Shown here: piece by piece, positions 10,198 through 21,400 of the stretch
Position numbering within the stretch: position 1 is the first letter of the stretch
Layout: every line of letters starts with the position of its first letter
Virus record (IMG/VR): IMGVR_UViG_3300006735_000018
Span: 28,963 to 92,962 of that record
Direction: 5' to 3' (one strand)
Length of the DNA: 64,000 nt
Source: a virus
Position numbers and translations under genes: made by a program
The notes under the pieces: model-generated
The model's database searches: none
What the model saw: only the letters and a program-made list of their open reading frames with translations
What the model was told of the DNA's origin: nothing

Positions 10198-12100
10198 TTA
10201 GTTCTGTTTCTTTTTCGTTTTTTTCTAAAGATTTTAAATCAACGTCAATTTCACATTGGCCACCTGAACAAGCTAGTTCACCAGATAAATCTGTATTATC
10301 ATCTAACTCAACAACTTTAGTTAAATCTACATTAGTTAATGATTTCATCATTTCATTATATTTTTCTTTAGTAATATCTTCAAATGGTGCTTGAGTATAT
10401 GTTCCTCCATTATATGGTAAAACAGAAAGACCATTATAATATTTTCTATTTTCCCACATCCATTCACCAGCTGAATCCCATTCGTTTTCTCTTAATGAAA
10501 TAGTTGCTGATACATTGTGTGAGTTTGAACCTTTTCTGTGTCCACTTCTAACCCACTCTGTAGCAATTTTTTTAACTCTCTCTAACAAATCAAAAGGAGA
10601 TTCTGTTCTCATAATTGCACCTTCTGGGGCTTTTTGTGGGACAGATATTACTGCGGTATCATGTGGTCTAAAATATTCATCTTCAACCAGTTCTGGGTGG
10701 TTTAATTTTAAGTAAGTGTAAATAGCTTCATTCTTGCCAACTCTAACTCTTCTAATATAATAATCATTATGCCAAGCATGGATACCTGATGATGTACCTA
10801 AAGTTAAAGAGGTTGTTCCTGCGGGTTTAACAGTTGTTGTTCTAGCTGCTGGATTTATACCTAATAATTTAGAAACTCTAGTATTTTCTCTTTTTACTAA
10901 ACTTGCAGCTTTTTTAGTGTCATAATTAAGTACCTTACCAGAACCAATACCTGTCATCGACACACCTATAAGAGCATCTTTTTCAGTGGTTTCTCTCCAA
11001 ACATCTCTTAGATAGTGGAATGCTGTATACCCAGCTTGAAGTGTTCCGATAAATGCAGCTACTTTAACTCTTTCGTTTAAATCTTCTTGAGATTCTATAT
11101 TTGAAACATTTACCTCACACAAGTTACAGAATTGGTACGGTCTTAAAGCTATTTCACAACATGGATTAGTTCCCCAATCTTTATCATTATTTAGATAGAT
11201 TCCTGGTTCACCAGAATTAGATAACTCAACTCTTTTCCATAAGTCCATAAAAAATTCTTTAGTAATTTTATGTCTCATTAATACAGCGGAGTTGTTAGCT
11301 CTACCTCTTTGGGGGTTTAGTTCCCACCAATTACCAGCTTTACAACCAATCATAAGGTCATCATCAGCTGAAAATAAACTAATTAAAGCTGCACGTCTAA
11401 TACCACCCGCTAATACAGCATCTGCTATATAACATACAATATCATGGACTTCTATAGTTGTAAGTTGGTCTCCGTTTTCTTTACCAGATAATATACCTTC
11501 AATTTTTACTAAACATTCTTTTAATGGTTGTGGTCCTGGGGCTTTACCTCCTGATGTTATTAATCTTGCACCTTTTGCTCTAATATCAGAATAATCAAAT
11601 TCTATTCTTGAACCCCCACCATTCATATATGATTTCATAAGAACTTTAATAGAATCTGCCCAACCTTCAATAGAATCTCCAATTAAAAATCTTCGTTTTC
11701 TTTTTGGATATGGCTTTTGTATAACTGGTAATTTAGCAACGTGATGTTTTTGTACAGAGTATCCTACACCTGTTCCACCTAATAATAAGAACATACACTC
11801 ACTAAAACTATCGATATGGTCAATAGGCATATAAGCACAATTGTATATTCTATTAGGAGATATCTCAATTGGTTTTCCACCAAATTGCATTGACCTCATT
11901 GATGGTAATACTTTTTTATTGTACACAAATTTATACTTATCCTCTATTTCATCTTTTAGATGTGGATATTTTTTAATGTGCATATTTTTATTCCTAGTAA
12001 CTAACTCTTCCCAAGTTTCTCGTCTCTCTAGTTCTGGTAGATATTTTGCGTACTTCATGTAGACAGTAATATCAGATAAAATTTTGTTTGAAATTTCCAT
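10181..12100 (-). CDS. nrdJ: Class II (adenosylcobalamin-dependent) ribonucleotide reductase
   Basis: RETWEE, LPSMRSMQFGG, NCAY, GGTGVG, GTNPCCEI (catalytic NPCxE), CNLCE, TTVKPAGT and the C-terminal redox pair ACSGGQC. Confidence 0.93.
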   Translation of the reverse strand: MEISNKILSDITVYMKYAKYLPELERRETWEELVTRNKNMHIKKYPHLKDEIEDKYKFVYNKKVLPSMRSMQFGGKPIEISPNRIYNCAYMPIDHIDSFSECMFLLLGGTGVGYSVQKHHVAKLPVIQKPYPKRKRRFLIGDSIEGWADSIKVLMKSYMNGGGSRIEFDYSDIRAKGARLITSGGKAPGPQPLKECLVKIEGILSGKENGDQLTTIEVHDIVCYIADAVLAGGIRRAALISLFSADDDLMIGCKAGNWWELNPQRGRANNSAVLMRHKITKEFFMDLWKRVELSNSGEPGIYLNNDKDWGTNPCCEIALRPYQFCNLCEVNVSNIESQEDLNERVKVAAFIGTLQAGYTAFHYLRDVWRETTEKDALIGVSMTGIGSGKVLNYDTKKAASLVKRENTRVSKLLGINPAARTTTVKPAGTTSLTLGTSSGIHAWHNDYYIRRVRVGKNEAIYTYLKLNHPELVEDEYFRPHDTAVISVPQKAPEGAIMRTESPFDLLERVKKIATEWVRSGHRKGSNSHNVSATISLRENEWDSAGEWMWENRKYYNGLSVLPYNGGTYTQAPFEDITKEKYNEMMKSLTNVDLTKVVELDDNTDLSGELACSGGQCEIDVDLKSLEKNEKETELSETQI

Positions 12101-12116
12101 ATTTTTTATTTTTATT

Positions 12117-13490
12117 TTATTTATTTAGTAGTTTTTCTCTTCTTTCTAGAGCGTCCATAACTCTTTTTCGATTTCTTTGTGTTTTGTCCTCTTCAAAACC
12201 TAAGAATGTTTGTGTAGATTCGGTATTAATTTCCAATGTAGCATTGTCAAATGTACAGTTTTCAAATATAATACCATCTTGACCTAATCTAGACTTAGTT
12301 ATAGCGATAGTAGCTAAACCAAGTTCTTTTTGTTGTAATGTTTTTGCCACTGAAATTATGACATGTCCAACTTGAGCTTTCTTTATAGACCCACCCATTT
12401 GGTCTGTAGTAACCACTTCTGAAGAAATAGAAGACCTATTACCTTGTGCTGCTGTCCAACCAACTAGATTTAACTCATGACACATAGCTTCATATTTTCT
12501 CATAACAGAACCTTCACCTTTCCATTCATCATTAAAACTTCTATCTGGGATTACACAATCTATGTAATCTAAAACTACAATATCTAAATTTACACCCTCT
12601 GAAGTTATTTTTCTAATTTGATTTTTTATTTGTGCGATAGTAAACTCGTCTGAAGCTAACTTTTTTAATATTAGTTTACCTCCATTTTTTTTCATCTCAT
12701 CAGCCTTAGAGAGTACTTTTTCTTTATTTTCACTAAGTTTTTGTGGTTCTATACCAGTCCAACAAGTAAAGTGCTTTCTTTGTATAATTTTAGGGTTGTC
12801 TTCAAAAAATATTTGTAAGACATTATATCCCATATTAAAAGCGGTATTAGCGAATCTTGTTAGTATTGTAGTTTTACCCACACCTGTTGGTGCTAATATA
12901 ACACCTAACTCACCTTTTGCTAGTCCACCATTCAATAAATTGTCGATGCCGTCTATGCCAGTAGGGATTGGGTGTCTATAATCATCTTTTAAAACATCTT
13001 CTAGATTTTGAAATACTTCTACCGTTCCTTCGTCACCCTCACCAATACTAATAGCTTCTCTTATATATTCCTCACACTTATCATAACTTTCAAATTCACC
13101 TTTTTCTAGTATAGTTTCTACTTTTCTAATAGCTTTTTTTAACTCTTGTTGTTTACAAAATTTTATAGTTTTTTCCTTTATAAATAAGTGGTCTTCAAAA
13201 GAAGCTTCCTTTACGTCCCTTAACATATCAATAACACATTTTTTAGCCATTTCAGAAGAAATTTCTAATTGTGTTAATTGTTCTATACCTTCAAAAGATG
13301 GAATACTCTGGTACTTTTCGTAATACTCTTTCATCATTTGCATAATTAATTTAAAGTATTGGTTATCAAAATATTTTGATTGTATACTATCAATTATAGA
13401 TTGTGCAAATAATTTATCTGTTATAATTAGATTTAATATTTTTAGTTGGAAGTTATATCCTAGGTATCCAAAATTCTCGGTGTTTGTCAT
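12117..13490 (-). CDS. dnaB: Replicative DNA helicase (DnaB / T4 gp41-like)
   Basis: IPTGIDGIDNLLNGG, Walker A APTGVGKTT, Walker B LDYID, WTAAQGNR and KSRLG. Confidence 0.92.
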   Translation of the reverse strand: MTNTENFGYLGYNFQLKILNLIITDKLFAQSIIDSIQSKYFDNQYFKLIMQMMKEYYEKYQSIPSFEGIEQLTQLEISSEMAKKCVIDMLRDVKEASFEDHLFIKEKTIKFCKQQELKKAIRKVETILEKGEFESYDKCEEYIREAISIGEGDEGTVEVFQNLEDVLKDDYRHPIPTGIDGIDNLLNGGLAKGELGVILAPTGVGKTTILTRFANTAFNMGYNVLQIFFEDNPKIIQRKHFTCWTGIEPQKLSENKEKVLSKADEMKKNGGKLILKKLASDEFTIAQIKNQIRKITSEGVNLDIVVLDYIDCVIPDRSFNDEWKGEGSVMRKYEAMCHELNLVGWTAAQGNRSSISSEVVTTDQMGGSIKKAQVGHVIISVAKTLQQKELGLATIAITKSRLGQDGIIFENCTFDNATLEINTESTQTFLGFEEDKTQRNRKRVMDALERREKLLNK

Positions 13491-13526
13491 ATAATGTTGT
13501 TTAGAAATAAATATTAAAATTACTAA

Positions 13527-13955
13527 TTAAAGTTGCTTATCTAGGTAGTAAGTCTCAGGATTTCTTAATGACAAAACGTCAGTTAACTCTCTTAATATAT
13601 AAGAAATTTGTGGTCTTATATCTACGGAGTATCTTACTCTTGGTGGATAAAGGTTGGCAGAGAATATTCTTTCCATTATTACATAGTTTCCTTTTTTAAT
13701 CGTTATCGTAAAAACTTCATTTTCTTCCTGTAATTTTGACACATCTTCTTTAAAAAATTCATCAATAACATCTATAGTTTTTGAGATTAATTGTTCGTTT
13801 ATGATTGTTTTTATGTATTTAACACTTTCATACAGGTCAACGGAACGAGTTGTTTTAGGGTTATGGTTTCTAACTGTAAAAAATCTTTGACATATAATAT
13901 TATCATTTATAGATAATACGAATTCAAACTTTTCTTTTTCTTCAAATTGTTTCAT
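13527..13955 (-). CDS. Hypothetical protein in the replication operon
   Basis: 142-aa ORF between the exonuclease and the helicase; no recognisable motif. Confidence 0.6.
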   Translation of the reverse strand: MKQFEEKEKFEFVLSINDNIICQRFFTVRNHNPKTTRSVDLYESVKYIKTIINEQLISKTIDVIDEFFKEDVSKLQEENEVFTITIKKGNYVIMERIFSANLYPPRVRYSVDIRPQISYILRELTDVLSLRNPETYYLDKQL

Positions 13956-13956
13956 T

Positions 13957-14967
13957 TTATAAAATTTTTTTAAATTTATTTTTTTCTATTCTAGTTAAAG
14001 TTAAAAATGGTTTAGTAAAATTTAAGAAAGATTCATCAGAATTTCCAATAAAATTAAATAAACCATCTTCCATCATCATCCTTAATAGATTTTTATATGA
14101 ACGCCCTTCTGGGTCCATGTTTTCATTTATTAATTGTTTAATTTCTATTTGTTCTTTTTTTGGTAACAACGATGTTCCCAAATCAACTAAAAATGTATTT
14201 CTAACAAAAAAATCTTCGCCTAATTCTCCTTCTTTTGTTATACCTTTTACAATATTTTTTAGTCTAAAATTTTTATCTCCTTTTTCGTATTTATTTTTAC
14301 AAATCGATAAAAACTCTTTAAGTTCTATTTTTTTATTTTTTATTTCAGGTACTAAATTAATTAATGTTTTTATACCAACATTTTTAATACCACTTATATC
14401 GTCAGATGAGTCCCCACATATAATTTTAATTAATTTTATATTTTCTACAGGAACTATATGTTTTTCAAATTTAATCTTATCACCTTTTTTAACTATTTCT
14501 AAATTGTTTAGTAGTTTTAAATTTGTGTTTGTGGATACTAGTTGGGTTAAATCTCTATCGTTAGATAATATTGTAATTTTTTCTTTAGTATTTTGTGAAC
14601 TGTAAAAAGCTATACAGTCGTCGGCTTCATGACCTTCAAATTCACACTGTCTAATAAAAATTTCTTCTAAGTATTGTTGTACTCTTACTTTTTGTAAGTA
14701 TAAAGATTCACGTTTTTCGTCAGTTAATCTTTTATTAATTCTTTTAGCTTTATATTGTGGATATAACTTTCTTCTACTTTCATAGTTTTTTTTACCATCC
14801 CAAGCAACAACAATTTTATTAAAATTATATTCTGTTATTAATTTTTTTATTGTATTAAGAAAATAAAATACGGCACCTAGATTAGTGTCTTTATTTTGGA
14901 AATTTTTTAGTCCGTGAAATCCTAATTGTAGTAATGAGTTTCCGTCAACAAGAAGAGTTTTAGTCAC
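13957..14967 (-). CDS. 5'-3' exonuclease / flap endonuclease (PolI 5' domain, T4 RNase H-like)
   Basis: LLVDGNSL, VAWDG, RRKLYPQYKAKR, EADDCIA, SNDRDLTQL and GDSSDDISGIKNVGIKT. Confidence 0.92.
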   Translation of the reverse strand: MTKTLLVDGNSLLQLGFHGLKNFQNKDTNLGAVFYFLNTIKKLITEYNFNKIVVAWDGKKNYESRRKLYPQYKAKRINKRLTDEKRESLYLQKVRVQQYLEEIFIRQCEFEGHEADDCIAFYSSQNTKEKITILSNDRDLTQLVSTNTNLKLLNNLEIVKKGDKIKFEKHIVPVENIKLIKIICGDSSDDISGIKNVGIKTLINLVPEIKNKKIELKEFLSICKNKYEKGDKNFRLKNIVKGITKEGELGEDFFVRNTFLVDLGTSLLPKKEQIEIKQLINENMDPEGRSYKNLLRMMMEDGLFNFIGNSDESFLNFTKPFLTLTRIEKNKFKKIL

Positions 14968-14991
14968 TTTTTTATAATTAAAGGTTAAACA

Positions 14992-15426
14992 CTATTTTTC
15001 TACTTCTAAAAGTTCTATTTCAAAATTTAAATCTTTACCAGCTAGTGGGTGATTCATATCTAAAGTTACCTCTGTTTTAGTAACTTCTAATATTGTAGCT
15101 GTAGCTGGTTTACCACTTTTAGTATTCCCCTTTATTCTTTCATCAATAATAAATCTAAAGTCTTTTGGGAATTCATTTCTTGGTGTTTTTAGTACAGCTT
15201 CTTCTAAGTATTCACCGTACGCGTCTTTAACTGGAATATGTATCTTTTTTTTATCACCAACAGACATAGTTCTTACAGTATTTTCAAAATCTTTTAAAAC
15301 TATACCATTACCAGTTGTAAACTCTAAAGGTTCTTTTCTTTTTATAGAATTGTCAAATTCAGAACCATCTTTTAATGTACCTACATAATGTACTTTAACT
15401 TTTTTACCTAAACCTATATTATTCAT
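14992..15426 (-). CDS. FKBP-type peptidyl-prolyl cis-trans isomerase (SlyD/SlpA-like)
   Basis: VKVHYVGTLKDGSEFDNS...PLEF..G...AYG...LDMNHPLAGKDLNFEIELLEV. The likely start is the ATG at 15426 overlapping the recA stop (ORF track start 15465). Confidence 0.9.
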   Translation of the reverse strand: MNNIGLGKKVKVHYVGTLKDGSEFDNSIKRKEPLEFTTGNGIVLKDFENTVRTMSVGDKKKIHIPVKDAYGEYLEEAVLKTPRNEFPKDFRFIIDERIKGNTKSGKPATATILEVTKTEVTLDMNHPLAGKDLNFEIELLEVEK

Positions 15427-16423
15427 TTTCTTTTTCTTCTTTTGTATCGAATTCACCACCAACACCTAGTTGTTCAGACCAAAAGGTAGCGTATTCTTGT
15501 TTATATTTTTCTATTGATTTCTTTTCTTCCGAAGTTTCTTTGCCAGCTAAAAAACCGTGAGGTGTTATTAAAATTTTACCATCCTCATAACCTAAACCAT
15601 TAACATGATTTTTCATAATTGTTATTTTTGTTCTAGTTGCAAATTTAACTTTTCTTTTTTCTTTAACAGCTGAAATATTTGTTGTTCCAGCATTTTTTTG
15701 ATTTCCAAACCTAAATACTAATGTAGAATTTAACCACAAAGCTTCACCCCCTTTTGCTTTAATTTTAGGTTGACCAAAAGGGTTATCTGGTAATTCTACC
15801 CATGGTTGATTTACCACTACTAGTGTATTTGTATATTTTGAGTCTTCTCTTCTAGATTTACCAATCCTTTGGTTGATTCCCATACCAATCTTGTCCGCAA
15901 ATACGGCCGCGTTGTGCATTTTACCACCTTTTCCATCAAATGTCATTTTACATGGTATTGAACCTACGGAATCCCATAAAAATAATAAGTCGTAGTCTAG
16001 TTCACCTTTTTCTTGAGCGTCTAATAAAGAATTTATATAATCTGTAATTTGTTCTATATATTCAAAGTCGTTATTGAATAGAAAAAATCCTTCCCAGTCT
16101 ATTTCACCTGTACTTTCATCCACCACTTCCTCACAATCAAAACCTAATAACTTAGCGTAATTAAATCCCCACTTCTGTTCAGTTATTATTATTACTGGTA
16201 ATACACCTTTTTTCTGTGCATCAACAGCTGTTTTAATAAGTGCTGTAGTCTTACCGGTATCTGAATGACCTAAAAACATTTGTAAATGGCCCATAGCTGG
16301 ACCAGGTATTCCCGTTGCGTCAAGGAATGCTGGTCCTAGGTCAAAAAATTTGTCTGATTTAAATTTAGCCTTTTTAGAGAATTTACTCTTTATGTCTGAA
16401 AAACTTCTTTTCTTTAATGCCAT
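15419..16423 (-). CDS. recA: RecA/UvsX-like recombinase
   Basis: Walker A GHSDTGKTT, Walker B LFLWDSVG, VVNQ, KGGEA and KNHV motifs. Confidence 0.88.
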   Translation of the reverse strand: MALKKRSFSDIKSKFSKKAKFKSDKFFDLGPAFLDATGIPGPAMGHLQMFLGHSDTGKTTALIKTAVDAQKKGVLPVIIITEQKWGFNYAKLLGFDCEEVVDESTGEIDWEGFFLFNNDFEYIEQITDYINSLLDAQEKGELDYDLLFLWDSVGSIPCKMTFDGKGGKMHNAAVFADKIGMGINQRIGKSRREDSKYTNTLVVVNQPWVELPDNPFGQPKIKAKGGEALWLNSTLVFRFGNQKNAGTTNISAVKEKRKVKFATRTKITIMKNHVNGLGYEDGKILITPHGFLAGKETSEEKKSIEKYKQEYATFWSEQLGVGGEFDTKEEKENE

Positions 16424-16434
16424 TTATATATTTT

Positions 16435-17301
16435 TTAAAACGGTAAATCTTCGTCTGCTTGTTGGTTTGCTTGTGGGTCTGTAGTTGTATTTGTACTACT
16501 CATATCCACAGTACTATTTGTTTTAGCGTTTGGGTCATCGTAAGTGTATTTTTTTAATTCACTATCCCAAACTGGGTCTAACCCTTTAGAGATTGCCTCT
16601 AGGTACTCAACAGGTTTTTGTGAATAAACATCTTTCCAAGTTCTTTCATCAGAAGTCCATTCTGTACCCTTAGCGTTATCTTCTGTTAACTTACCTGGGT
16701 CTTCATACATTACCGAAGATACTGTTGTATATTCCCCTCTTCCTCCTGGTAATGGAACAGCTTGTAAAATAAGAATTAAATCTCTACCCTCATTAACATC
16801 TGTAATATCACCTTTATTTCTCCAAATAGGAATAATTTTATCGATTGGTCCGTCACCTTTCCAATTATGTTTAAATCTCCAAAATTTTACACCATCTTCC
16901 TCCTTATCTCTATCAATAACTTTTACTATGTAAAATTTTTGTGAACGATACTGTCTTGCTAATTCTTTTGATTGTTCGTCACCAGCTAATTTAAGTGCTT
17001 CTTCCACTTCATTTAATGGGCTTCTTTCACCTGTTGGTTTTCCAGAAGAATCTTTTCCTGGGTCATAAATTTTCATCCATCTACCTTGTACTTGTGTGTT
17101 GTGAAAAAACACTTCTTTAAATGGTGAACTACCATCTGTGGTAGGTAGAATTCTAATTCTTTTTTCACCTGATTTAACACCTTTAGGTAGTGCTACGGTA
17201 AAATATTGTTTTAATCTGTCTTCGTCTGACATTCTTGGTTTTGAAGATGTTGCCTGTTTGTTTTTTTCGTATTGGGCTAATACAGCGTCTAATGAACTCA
17301 T
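16435..17301 (-). CDS. Single-stranded DNA-binding protein (T4 gp32-like)
   Basis: RIRILP...PF.E..FH, VIDRD.E.DGVKFWRF, DITD..EGRDL and the acidic tail DEDLPF. Confidence 0.85.
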   Translation of the reverse strand: MSSLDAVLAQYEKNKQATSSKPRMSDEDRLKQYFTVALPKGVKSGEKRIRILPTTDGSSPFKEVFFHNTQVQGRWMKIYDPGKDSSGKPTGERSPLNEVEEALKLAGDEQSKELARQYRSQKFYIVKVIDRDKEEDGVKFWRFKHNWKGDGPIDKIIPIWRNKGDITDVNEGRDLILILQAVPLPGGRGEYTTVSSVMYEDPGKLTEDNAKGTEWTSDERTWKDVYSQKPVEYLEAISKGLDPVWDSELKKYTYDDPNAKTNSTVDMSSTNTTTDPQANQQADEDLPF

Positions 17302-17338
17302 AATTTATATTTTTTTTTAATAATTAATTTCTTTAATA

Positions 17339-17367
17339 AAGGTAACTAACTTATTCCGGGTTGTCAA
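17339..17367 (-). promoter_or_regulatory. Host sigma70-type promoter for the SSB-recA-PPIase-exonuclease-helicase-nrdJ operon
   Basis: Minus strand TTGACA-17 nt-TACCTT, located just after a terminator and about 40 nt before the SSB start. Confidence 0.7.
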
Positions 17368-17391
17368 TTATATGGGTATAAATAATTCCAT

Positions 17392-17416
17392 AAAAAAAGC
17401 CCTTTGTTAGGGCTTT
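17392..17416 (-). terminator. Rho-independent terminator
   Basis: AAAGCCCT/AGGGCTTT stem with a T-run on the minus strand, downstream of 17443..18198. Confidence 0.75.
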
Positions 17417-17442
17417 AAATATATACTATTTTTTTTATAGGG

Positions 17443-18198
17443 TCAAACGTTAAAACTTTTTTGTATCTCTGTTTCAGAATAATTATCAACGTCTTCAGGT
17501 GTTAATATGTATTCTTCTTTACCTTGTTCTTTATATTTGTCTTGGTTATCATTCCAAAAATCAGATAGTGATTGGTCAAAAGGTCCAGAATCCTGTTTTC
17601 TTAAATCTAACTTTTCTTCTTCACTTTTTGGTCTATACTTTTCTATTTTTTGTTCTAGACTACTAATTTGATTCATTAGTTGGTCCATTCCTGTTAATTT
17701 TTCTTCCATACCATCTAACATAGACATTAAGGATTCTAACTTATCATTAGTTTCTGATGTATTTTTTTCCAAAGTTTCTTGATTACTAACTAAATCAGTA
17801 ACCTCAACTTCTGTAGTATTTTCATCTTCTTTTTCTGGAGCTCCTGGTATTGCTGGTGGAGGTGTAGTTGGTAGTGTAGTTGGTGCTGCTGGTGGAGTAG
17901 GTGGTGCTGCTGGAATATTCTCGTCTGTTGGGGCGTCACCTGTTTCCATCTCAACTTCAGCGTCACCTAAACCTAATTCATCAAAACTAGTAGTATCTTC
18001 ATCATCTTCAGTTTCAACATCAGCTTCAACATCTTCCTGTTCACCTAATTCTGTTTTACCTAATATTCTTTCAACATGACTTCCCATACCTAAATTACCA
18101 AAACCACCCAAGTTTTGTTCACTAAGATTTTGAGAATTATAACCAATTTGATTAAATCTTTTTAACTCATTTAATAATTTTTTTTCTAAATTATCCAT
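17443..18198 (-). CDS. Acidic coiled-coil protein with a Pro-rich linker (possible head internal or scaffold-like protein)
   Basis: 251 aa; LLNELKRF leader, LSEQ and LGEQ sites, PAAPPTPP linker, heptad-like region. Confidence 0.6.
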   Translation of the reverse strand: MDNLEKKLLNELKRFNQIGYNSQNLSEQNLGGFGNLGMGSHVERILGKTELGEQEDVEADVETEDDEDTTSFDELGLGDAEVEMETGDAPTDENIPAAPPTPPAAPTTLPTTPPPAIPGAPEKEDENTTEVEVTDLVSNQETLEKNTSETNDKLESLMSMLDGMEEKLTGMDQLMNQISSLEQKIEKYRPKSEEEKLDLRKQDSGPFDQSLSDFWNDNQDKYKEQGKEEYILTPEDVDNYSETEIQKSFNV

Positions 18199-18430
18199 TT
18201 AATAATTGTTTTACTTGACCGTTAGGGGATTCAACTTTTACTTTTCTATTTACTCTAATTTCGTTTTCTACTCTCTCAATTAAACCATCTCTACTTCTTA
18301 TAGTGTAACAAATTCCAGTATCTAAATCACAAACTTCTTGACCTTCAGGTGAGTTACCATTTTCAACTATATTGTTTGTATTTTTACCTAAAAAATTACC
18401 TAATTTTTGTCTTAAATTGTCTGTTATCAT
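18191..18430 (-). CDS. Hypothetical protein
   Basis: 79 aa containing EVCDLDTGICY; preceded by TATTTAT at 18446-18452. Confidence 0.65.
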   Translation of the reverse strand: MITDNLRQKLGNFLGKNTNNIVENGNSPEGQEVCDLDTGICYTIRSRDGLIERVENEIRVNRKVKVESPNGQVKQLLNG

Positions 18431-18487
18431 AATATTCTTTATTATATAAATATTGTTAATATAAATAAAATCTTTTATACTCTATAT

Positions 18488-21400
18488 TTAAACACTTTGT
18501 TCATTTCCAAGATAGTCACTACTAAAACTATTAGGGTTTAGATATGACTTAATTTCTTTAAGATTTTCATTTAACTGATACTTTATTATTTCATAATGTA
18601 AGTGAACACCAGTAGAATATCCAGTAGTACCCATAACACCTATTTTAGTATTTTTATTAATACTCGAATTTACACCACTATTTGTTATAGTTTCTTCTTT
18701 TATATGAGCTAATATAAATTTATATCGAGTAACCGCTCCCGCAACATATGCCGATAAATCAGTTGGTTTGATGAGAATTTTTTCGATAACTATATGATTT
18801 CCATAACCTCCACCACATTTTTTTGCTGTTGCACTAGAACCAGGTTTACACCCACTAATTTTACCTGTTATTATACCCGTTATTGGTGATAATAAGTCTA
18901 TGTCTGTACCTCTAAATTCTGATTTAGGTGAATAATCTATTCCTTTGTGTGGTCTTTGACCAATAACCGCACCCGTTGACTCATCAACAATGTCTCTTTG
19001 TACCCAGAATGATTGGGCTTCTGTTGGTGTTACTATTTTACTTAGGTCTACAGGGTCTACTACAGCAAAAGTTAAAGTACTTATATCATCATCACTAATT
19101 GTTAACTCTTCAGGTACTGTTAAATTGTGTGGGTCTAGGTGTGGTGTTGTACTAGATACTGGTGTTTCCTCTAAATCACTATCCATACTTTTAAGTAATG
19201 TTTCTTGTATTGAGGATATTAAATCTGTTATTTTAGGTAGACTAGGTATTCCCACTCTAACACCATTAAAAGTTGTTGACATATCATTAGGTGTAATAGT
19301 ATGGTTTACATCCATTATCAAATATGGGCCACTAAACATAGGTAAATATCTTAGTTGAAAGTATGTTGTTGGTTGTATTAAAGCGTTACCCATAGAAGTT
19401 ACTTGACATTTATAAGACCTAGATTTATATAGGTTAAATAAATTTAGTGAATTAGTGGAAACTTTGGACCCACTGGCCACCTTACCCATATCTTCTAAAA
19501 TTCTAAAAGATTCACTTGTGTTTGGAAATTCTGACTGGTCTAACCCAATACTTTCAAAAATTTGTTGATTTGGTATACCAAAATCTACAGCGAAGGCTAC
19601 AACCTTATTATTTAAATCTTTTTCTTCTTGCCCTTGTGGTATTGGTTGACATAGTGGGTTTGGACTTACCCTATTTAACACAAAGGTATCATTATTATAA
19701 CCGTAGGTTGATGTTTTCACATCTAGACTGGTTGATGGTGGTCCTACATATTGACAGAGATATTTAGGTGATGATAATGTATAGTCAACTGTTTTAAAAG
19801 CACCAAACATAGCGTTACCTTGACCCTGTGTGTCGTGTTCCTCCATATTATAAAAATTAACATAAGAAGGTAGGGGTATAAAATTAAAAAAGTTTTTAGC
19901 ACACAAAGTACTTACAAAACCACCTATAGTTTGTTTAACTGACGTAGATGGGTTATCTGTAAATGGCGTATCTAACCCTAAAAATTGGTATATGTCTATA
20001 ACCGCGTCATTACCAATATCTATATTACCCCTATCTAAGAACATAAATTTTTCAAATTGTGTATTATAAGAAGGTAGAGCCTTAGAGTTTGTTGGTGTTG
20101 GTGCATTCAAATCTTCTCCTTGAACTTGAGTACCTGATATCCATTTATCGTTAAATGTTTTAAATACTTGGTATAACTCTAATTTAAGATTGTCCGCAAC
20201 AATTTTAGGTCTACCATCATCTTTACCACCATCATTATTATTAGAATTATTTAATCCTTTTGTTGGGTCTAGTTTTGCTACCTGTTTGAATAATTCATTA
20301 ACATAGTATTTATCATAACTTATAAGATTATCTAAATAGGTATTTAATCTGTTAGAAAATTCTGATTTTGACAATCCGTTAACCGCTGTTGGGTTTGTAC
20401 GTAAAGTTTCTGTTAGATATTGTTTAAGTATTGGTGCGAATTGTCGTGCTAGGGTTGGTGAGATATTGAAGTTTTTAAAGAAGTCAAAACATATAGCTGT
20501 AGCGTTATTGTGTGCAATATCAATACCCACATCTCTTTTAGGTAAAACAGTTCGACTAATAATAAACGTAAAGGTAATATCAGGGGTACCACCCGGATAT
20601 AGTGATGCGTCATAACTTTTCAACTCCATTACTGGAATTAAAGGTGCTTTATCTAATATATAATACATTAATTGTTTTGTAGATATTTTAGGACCACCAG
20701 GTCCTGTAGGACTTACAACAATATCCCAACCATTAACAGAACCATGTTTATATATTACTTTTTGTTTTAAAAATATTCTACTTATAGTTAAGAAATTTTT
20801 ATACTGTGTTTTAGCAATATCTATAGTTTTATGTGTTAAATTACCGTTTGGTCTGGCGTCAATATCTACCTCAGCGTCTATACTATTTTTATCTACAACC
20901 ATTAATTTTTTAAATATAGATTTAAAGGTTGTAAACTCACCTTCTACTACTGTAGCGTTTGGATTTGTTGGTTCACAAAAATTTAAAAATTGTGTTTCAA
21001 ACTCATTTAAAACCTGTTCAGGAAAAATAGAAAGTATTTCTGTGATATCATCATAATTGGTGGTTGTATTATCAGTATTGTTAATATTCCAAGCTTGTTG
21101 ATTTGGTTGGGTGGTGTCTATTCTTTTAAAGTAATTACTGCTAGGTACTCTCCCATATAACCCACCATATTGTAATGGTATACTTCCTGGTTGTGTAACA
21201 TCAAACGCCCCATAACCAGCTCCACCCCATAAAAATCTTGCACTACCATCAAAACCAGCTGTATTTATATTGTCCTCCATGAAACTTAAATCGGTATTAA
21301 CTAAAGCACCAGCTGAAGGATATAATATATAATATGGGTCTGTAGCTGGGTCTATTTCTGTAATTCCTTGTGTACCCACATTAGTGGAGTCTATAAAAGT

